Below are positions 55,995 through 64,000 of a DNA stretch of 64,000 nucleotides, in pieces. The notes below the pieces were generated by a model that worked only from the letters and a program-made list of their open reading frames with translations, was not told the DNA's origin and ran no database searches. Both the position numbers and the translations under genes were made by a program. How positions within the stretch are numbered: the stretch's first letter is position 1; each line of letters starts with the position of its first letter. Source of the stretch: Camelus dromedarius (Eukaryota); contig NC_087437.1 in assembly GCF_036321535.1 (NCBI RefSeq), forward strand, positions 62,932,001 through 62,996,000, written 5' to 3'.

Positions 55995-58494
55995 AAAGCA
56001 CATGTATGAATATTTAAATATATATATGTAATAAGTGAGTTTTTTTTTTTTTAATTGAATTTACTCTATGGCCTGAGTCATTGATCAGTTTATAGGTAAC
56101 TTGAGTCAAGTATCTCTCCAGACCAGGAAGAGTTCCCACTGGCCCCCAGCTCTTCTATTTGAGCAGGGACAATCTCAGCGGCTTAGACTAGAAAGCCCTC
56201 TAGAGACAGACCCTTGGTGCATCCCCTGGCCCTGGCCCCTCACCATCTGCCCGTCAGGCTCTCATGAGTGAGGCTCCTTTCCTCACTCTGCTCCGCTTCT
56301 ATGCAGACTATTCAAAGAGTGCCATCTGCAGGATGAAGGGAGTACTCATAAATACTAAATTCATTCCCTTCAAATGGTAGTTGAAGAATTTTTTTAAAAC
56401 GTGTTCAAGAACTAATCAACACAAAACTGATGTTAAAGTTTAATAACAGGTGATGAACTGCTACATTCAGCTTTCACAGATATCATTTGTATTTATTTTC
56501 ATGACTGCCTTAAATGTCTTTACCCCAAAGGGTAACCAATGGTGAGAATCACAGGTGTCCCACTGTCCCTAGAACAGAGAAGCGCTTGTCCAGGGGCTTT
56601 ATGCTGCCCCTTGACCTCTCCCCAGGGGCAGGCATTTCTCTGTTTTTCCCTGCAGAAGGGCAAATTTCCAGGAGCTGCTACCAATGAAACAGCTCTCTTC
56701 GTGCTTTGATTCATAACAGTTTTTTAAATCTGAAAGCACAGAATGGGAGCTTAGAATTCCCTTGTCTCATCAGTCTCAGGTCAAAGAATCATAAAATCAT
56801 GAAGCTGGCAGAGGCTCCTTCACTGAATCATGGCCCTCTGTCGCGCTGCTGACAGGCGACCCCCACCCAGCCTCCTACTTCTCACTGTGTGTGATGCCCT
56901 TCCTGACCATATCTCATACCTAGCAGCCCACAACAACCAGGAACGAGTTCCAATACTTTCACTTTGTGCCACTGATCTCTGCCCAACTCAAGAATGATCC
57001 ACTTCCTGATGAAACTCACTGCTCTCCTCCCCACGGTTCTCACCTAATTGAGAACAGAAGCAAGAGAGAGAGCACCCTTTCCTGCCCGATCGCCCCCTCT
57101 CTCACCACCTGAGCGTGATGGTCACCTTGCACAGAGCAAAGCAGGGCTGAGGCAGGTGGCTACTCACAGTCAGAGTTGGTTTTCCTATGTGGACTCCCAG
57201 TTCTAGGATGCTAGGCAGCTCCACTGCCCACTCCCTTCCCTAGCCTGGGGACAAGGGAACAAGACAGGATTAATTTCCCGACTACAAGCCCCATCTCTAG
57301 AGACCTATGTCCAGGGCAATGCAGTGACCACACAGCCCCTCACTCAGGTGTTACATTTGTGGCCTGCATCTGCTGCTGCCCTTTTCAGAGGAAACCCAAT
57401 CCTAAAAGCATGAGCCTTTTGGAAGGTAGAACCCTCTCTCCTCTCTCATAAAGACACAGTTTTGTCAGAAAGCAGAGGCGGGGGAAGCGGATTTTATCAA
57501 GAGATTACTCACTGGCGGGACCAGGGAAAAGGAATGCATGTGAAATGGGATGGCCACAGCACCACCCCCTGCCCCGTTCTTGCTCTTTGCTCCCACTTTC
57601 CATGAGGAAACTGGCACTCAGAAATGAACTTTACACCCCATTCCTACACCTCAGTAAGGAGGGACAGCATGGAGTCAGGCTGAGAACATGAGTCTGGAGA
57701 CAGACCTGGGTCGAAACCCTAGCAGAGCCACCAGGTGACGTGGGTGCTGAAGAACTTTCCGAGCCTTCGTGTTCTCTTCTACAAAATGAGGGTAATACTG
57801 TCTATCACTCAGGATTGGTGGGAGACAAAACACATAACAGACCCATAAGCTCTCAAAAATGCGTCCGTCCTTTCTTCAATGTGAATTTAAGTTAATGTGT
57901 CTCCAGTGCTAAATGAAAGGCATTGTCCCACATGAAGGGCATATCAGGCACCAGTTAGAAGGTGGAGGAGTAACTGGGAGCAACGGGGTTGAAGTTGGGG
58001 TGGCCATGACACTTGCTCAGTTGTAACAATACACAAAAATGGCAGCCCCCTCATGGGCCTTCAGCCAAGGTTGGCATTGCCTATGAGGCTACAACAGGAA
58101 GAGAGCAAGGAGTGGGCTGGATCAGGGCTGTGGGTGGATCTGGGGATGTCCTTCCCAAGTGAAGAGAGCTGAGCCACGGGACAGCCAAAAGGCAGGGGAG
58201 CCAAAGATACGGAATGGCTCTATAACAACAGGTTATCCCAGGTACCACAGTGTCCAGTCTCAGCAGGCAGGGAGTCCGGATGGCCCTCTCCCACCCCTTG
58301 CCCTCTAACAGACTGGACAGGCAACAGAATGCCTGGTCACCTAGATATTTTGGGTCTGTGCTACATCCTGTCCACCAAAGGCACACTGAGCCTGGGTCTG
58401 CATTATGTTGGCAAAGTCCAGCTCATTCTGCAGAAGGCCCTTGTGTGGTTATAAGCTTGGCCTTTTGCTCTTATGGTGGTAGTCGTGAAATATA

Positions 58495-59087
58495 TGTAAC
58501 AGAAAACTTTTTAAGTTCAGTGGTGTTATTAAGATTCACGCTGTTGTGCAACCATTGCTCCCATCCATCTCCAGAACTCTCTATCTTGCAAAAATGAAAC
58601 TGCACCCATTAAATAATAACTCCCCATTCCTTCCTCCCCTTCCACCAAGCGCCTGGCAACCACCATTCTACTTTCTGTCTCCATGAACTTGACTATTTCA
58701 GGCACTTTATATAAGTGGACTCATAGGATATTTGTCCTTTAGTGACTGACATTTCACATAGCATTATCTTCAAGGTTCATCCATGTTGTATCATGTCATA
58801 TTTCCTTTCTTTTAAAGACTGAATAATATCCCACTATCTGCATACACCATTTTTGGTTTATCTATTCATCTGTTGATGAATACTTCGGTTGCTTCCACCT
58901 TTTGGCTATTGTGAAAAATGCTGCCTGATCAAGGGTATACAAATACCTCTGCACATTCTGTTAATTCTTTTGGGTATGTACTGAATCATGTGGTAATTCT
59001 ATGTTTATCTTTTTGAGGAGCTGCCATCCTGTTTTTCACAGTGGCTGCACCATCTTACATTCCCACCAACAGCACACAAAGGTTCCC
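58495..59087 (-). mobile_element. L1M (L1MA/MB-like) 3' end
   Basis: catccatctccagaactc, ctggcaaccaccattctactttctgtctc, ttccaccttttggctattgtga, acattcccaccaacag. Confidence 0.88.
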
Positions 59088-60283
59088 TGTGAGGCTTTCT
59101 TTATTCTGTAAGTTGGGTCTAATCCACCCGCCTCCCCAGGTTCAGGTCACTGCTGACACAGCCCTTCTGGCTCTTGTCAGCATCACTTGTGGCTCCCCTG
59201 GAGATGGGATGTGTTCCCACTACACCCCGTCCTCCAGCAGGTTCCTTCCTTGGCAGGCCCTCTCCTTTCACACCCACAGCTCACATCCGTCTGGCGCTGG
59301 TCACCTTCCTGGGTGATGTTTGGGGCTCTGGACAGCGCCCAGCATGACACCACACTGAGGACTGCCCATGTAATGGGACCAGAGCCAGCCCTGGCTAATG
59401 CTGTGATGTGGCAAACCTAAGCTCTGTCAGACTCCCTACTCCAGCAGCAGCCACCTCTCTGTTCCACAGTGATGTCCTTCCAGGTTCCCCTCCTCTGCCT
59501 TCTTAAGAGTTTGATTTCCTACTACAACTGATCACACCTGACAAAACTGGACAGCAGTATTTCATCTTGAAAATGAAGATTTGCAGGATCCATTTGGAAA
59601 ACTCCTTGAGAGGAATATAAGGGAGTTCGGATAAAATTTGGAGGGTAGAGGCTTAGGACAGAAACCCTCCTGTAACACTCCATCATTAAGACAAATGGTT
59701 AAGTTCTCACACAGCATCTTTGTGAAAATTAGAAAACGGTGCCCTTTTTAGATCAGGTATGCAGCTCAGCTAAAAGGTAAACATTGTGCAAATGACAGAC
59801 CACATATTTTGCCAGTGACATAAAGGCACACTCTCTGGGCACATTCAGCCTTGTGGGTGCATTGCTTGGTGAACAGGTTCCATTTTCCTCCAGGTCCTGG
59901 AAGGTACACAGCTTTGCAAGTGGAGCTCATGTTAATTTTCAGTTCCCACCTGCCTGCAGCGACAACCATAAGCAGTAACTTTGGCCTGTTGATGGTTCTA
60001 ATAACAGCATCTCTCCTGCCATCACCACCTTGCGGGCAAGGTATTGACAAAGCATGCTGGCAGGAAGATTTTCTTTGAAGACCATAAACTGAGGGTTTAC
60101 TTAACACTCACCCGGCGATCCAAGAGCAGACAAGAGTCTCCTTGCATCAGGTAGGAAGGCAGTCCAATAGCCATGGGCTATCCAACCAACACGTCCACCA
60201 AACACCAAAGCCATAACCCTGGTCTCCCATACCCAGCTCCACACACACGTGCACACAGCACACAGCCATCTACAGCATCTCAC

Positions 60284-60406
60284 CTGAGCCACCTCTTCAA
60301 AGTCATCATGCCTCTTCTGCAGGGCCCGGGCTCGATGCAGAGACTTCCCGACCCCTGTGTGTTTGCTGAGAAAGGCTTCGCCATGGTTTTCAATCCAGTC
60401 TAACAC
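60284..60406 (-). CDS. KALRN: Kalirin coding exon (probably exon 10), 123 nt, phase 0-0: VLDWIENHGEAFLSKHTGVGKSLHRARALQKRHDDFEEVAQ
   Basis: Recognised kalirin spectrin-repeat peptide. Acceptor ...ctctctggccag|GTG, donor CAG|gtgaga. Exactly 41 codons. Exon number is from recollection of the human gene. Confidence 0.96.
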
Positions 60407-61812
60407 CTGGCCAGAGAGGGAAGACAGAAACAATGACTTCTTGGCAGAAGGAAAGACAAGTGACAATATGTGTGACCGCTAGGCTCCTCAAGTCCCCAAC
60501 ACAGTCAGAAAGCAGCAGTCAGGTGGAAATGCCCAATCCACAGTAGATACAGGGGATTTCATTACTGTCACTGGCAATATAACAATCTCACCCTTAACAA
60601 CATTCAGCTTATCTTCTTTGATGTCCAGAATCTCCCCTAATTACTTTTTCAGTTTTCTCAGCCTTAATTAGCCCATTATTTTAAACAAGCTACACAGACC
60701 ATCAGGCACAGTTCAACCCCCTCACTACCTTTGTTCCAACCATGTAAGGTCAGACACATTTCCAGGAAATTAGGCAGTATCAGGTCAGGGCAGTTCCTTG
60801 GCCCTCCTTCCACCATAAAAATGCTCATAGCAGGGGGAAACCAGTACTGGGGGTCCTGCCTCCTTGTGCTCCTGGGACACTCTTCCTAATCTTGGAAAGA
60901 AAGTCCAGAGTAGTCAGTCTCCCCTGGAGCTATGCTCAAGACAGTTGATCCTCAAGACAACTGCCCTCTCTGTCTCCTTTCCACCTCCTTCCAATCAACA
61001 TCAACCAACCAGATAAGTAAGGTCTTTAGTAGCTATGATTTTCCTGGGTAGCAGTAGAGTTCTCTTTGTTCTCCAGACTTAAAATCTAGTGATCTGGCCA
61101 TAAGACATTTTGACATTTGGAGTTGAGAGAAGCTGTCAAATTGGTCACTGGAGCAGTGGAGAGATGAGTGAGGAGATGTTGAAGAGGGGAGAAAATATGT
61201 GGTCCTGGAGGGCACTTGACAGGGGAATTGGAAACCCTAGGGTAAAAGCCTTGAACTGTAGGGAGGATCAAAGTCTTTAGTCCATTGTGCATTTGCCCAC
61301 ACAACCTAACAAAATGTATGCCTCCCGGGCAGAAGGGAAGCGGTTCATCTGGGCTCTGAGGAGCTGGCACTCAATAAATCAGATGGCCACAATTAAATCA
61401 GAATTACAGTACAGACACACCTGTTGCAGATCCTGCCAAAACTCAACTAAGCCCACTCTGCTCCTACTGTACTAAACTTCAACGAAACATTTGATGAATG
61501 AGGTACTAGTTTGCTCAGATTTTGGAAGGACCTTTGGGAAAATAATTTAGATGAACTAGCCCTGTTTCAAAGAATGCTTTAATCCATTCCTTTGTTTCTT
61601 CTATGGATTGCCCTGTGGCAAGCAGACAGATCAAATCATTCCATGGACGGTAGGCACAGGAGTTCTGGTTCTACAGAATCTAGCCTTTGGCTTCACTTCC
61701 TCTGACATTTGAAATAAATTAATGCCTGCAATTGTGCAAAGTATGGACACTCTCAAAGTCTTCAGTGGCAGTATCATAAAGTCATACCAAGATGGTATTA
61801 ATTAGAGAAATG

Positions 61813-61814
<2 letters not shown>

Positions 61815-61849
<35 letters not shown>
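61815..61849. repeat. (TG)n microsatellite
   Basis: Directly visible. Confidence 0.97.
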
Positions 61850-61852
<3 letters not shown>

Positions 61853-61994
61853 CACATATATATAAAACGAGGTTTAACAAACATGCACAGTACAAAGCCA
61901 GGTCAGGTAATTGTCTATTAAAGTGAAGGGAAAAAAAGGCTTTTGTAAAAAATTACTTTATATAAACATTAGTGTAAAGATTTCAAATACTTTA

Positions 61995-62153
61995 GCAACA
62001 GGGATTTACTATATAACACAGGGAACTATATTCAATATCTTCTAATAATCTATAATGGAAAATAATCTGAAAAATACATATATATAACTGAATCATTTTG
62101 CTATACACCCAAAACTAACACAATATTGTAAATCAACTATATTTCAATTTAAA
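61995..62153 (+). mobile_element. Short L1 3'-end fragment (same broad cetartiodactyl type)
   Basis: acagggaactatattcaatatc...aactgaatcatttt...aaatcaactatatttcaat + A tail. Imperfect TSD aaagatttcaaatacttta / aaagatttgacacttta. Confidence 0.85.
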
Positions 62154-64000
62154 AAAGATTTGACACTTTATATAACAAATTCTGGCCATTTAAAAAATAT
62201 TCTGGAGGTACATCTGTAAAAAGAAATTGCAGTAGAAAATGAAATGAATTTTTACCTTTTGCAAACAATGAAAGGCAACACTGAAAGGAACTTTAAATAT
62301 TGCTTTCTTTGAAGGAAGAAGAGCCAACTTTTCTCTTGAATTACTTATGGTGAAATTTCAATAACAAAAAAATCAGGAGAATGCATTTGTACTTAATTTG
62401 CCACATTGTGACCCCACAATTCTGTACTATAAAGGGGATGGCAAGTGTCAGGGTGCAAGGTCAAAGGTAAAACTAATCACAAACTTTCCCATGCATTGTG
62501 TACTGTGGATAGTGTCGTTTTATCATTTTCATGCATACTTTAACTTTTATTAATTCCTTTTTTGAGAATGAACTGAAGCTTGGAGATAATTTTTAAAACT
62601 AAAGAGCTGTCTTGGATCCTTTCATGAGTGCTTTGAAATTTATGCAATATTTTCAGATTATGATTTTTTTTTTTATTTTGTTTTGAGCAGTTAAATGTGA
62701 CTTGCTTGTCTGGCACTTTATTCATGAATTTTATTTTATTCCATTTCATTTTTATCTCTAGCTTTAATAAATATTCTAAATAATATTCTAAAGCAAATTG
62801 GTTAAAGAGAAACATTTCTCATCCACTAGCTCACAAATGGTTAGCTTTTATACGCCCTGAGGGTGATTCACAACTTTTAAACTTTTTTTTAAAAAGCAGT
62901 TTATTTCTTTTTAAAGTCATTTTGCTTTCTTTAAAATGTCCATTTGTTTTCAGTTAGTGACACTTAGTTTACTTAATTAGCTCTACCTTTACAACTTAAA
63001 AATTGATTTATTTCATATTTAAGAGAATTTTACTTAGTTTAAACATTACTTTGACTGCCCTGTGATGTTATATGGCCTCCATTTAGTCCATCTTCTGCTA
63101 TTAGACCTGGATCTTGGTGACAAAATTACTTTAGCAATACATTGAGACTGAAAAAGTACCTGAGGACAGATAAACATAATCAATGTATGATGACTTCTGG
63201 CAATCTTGTTTCACATAGTTCATTCAGAGCCAGCATAGCTCTCTTGACCCTTGATGTCTCTGAACCCTGGGAGTACAATCCAGCTTCCTACATGGACTGC
63301 ACGGCAGAGAAATGACACCATCAGTGCCTGACAATTACATGACACACCGTAAATTAATGTGCAGCATTTAAGTCTAGTGAGTCTCAGAATCTGAACATCA
63401 CTGGTTGAAGAATAAATTGAGTTTCCTGCCTTACCCTGGACCCTACCAAAGTCTAAGCACCCATCGAGGTACCCCTTATTAGCTGCCTCCTACTTAATTG
63501 ATCTCATCCACAAGATCTTATTAAAAATACTCAGTTATCAGTTATAGTCAGGATAGTCCAGGATGATGGTTACTCATACCTATTTATGGCTCTGAATTAG
63601 TATTCAAGTTTCCAACAATAGGAGGTGTTTTCCTTTTTTTTTTGTCTGAGGGGTCTTCAGGATGCAGAGGAGCACATGTGGGATATGACTATCCACATAT
63701 TCAAGCAGGTGTTAGTCTCACTGCAGCCTAGCGCCAGGCACTAGGACAGCCCGAGGTGCAAGACTGAACAAGGCAGGTGCAGTCCTGACTCCAGGAGCGC
63801 AGGCTCGGTGGGTAATGAGCACTAGACACGAAATCACACAGTTCATCAATAACTGCAAGGGTGACAAGTGCCAACAGAAGAGAATTTCACTATGAAGAAG
63901 TGAGGTTTAGCCGAGGTCTGAGAGAGACGAGAACTTAACTAAGCTTGGAATTAAAAAGACCAGCCTGGCTTGGGTAGGCTTAAGTAGGAAACGCGCCCAG

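Overview
Mammalian genomic DNA, not prokaryotic. The whole window lies inside the KALRN (kalirin RhoGEF/kinase) gene on the minus strand. Five coding exons (60406-60284, 30972-30781, 20156-19948, 16606-16432, 3705-3510) splice through canonical GT-AG junctions into one continuous frame encoding part of the spectrin-repeat region. Their sizes (123/192/209/175/196 nt) fit human KALRN exons 10-14 as I recall them. The rest is intron filled with MIR, L2, L3/CR1, L1, MLT1, MER5, MER20-type and Tigger fragments plus microsatellites. A tRNA-derived Vic-1-type SINE and cetartiodactyl-type L1 3' ends point to a camelid (inference). I found no new biological system. The most interesting signals concern KALRN isoform control: a candidate internal promoter and 104-nt exon upstream of exon 11 (delta-kalirin-like), twin splice donors at exon 12, an 80-bp duplication bracketing exon 12, a weak exon 13 donor with possible intronic polyadenylation, and convergent CTCF-like motifs around exons 12-13. 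Repeat boundaries and subfamily names are by eye and approximate; exon boundaries were checked base by base.
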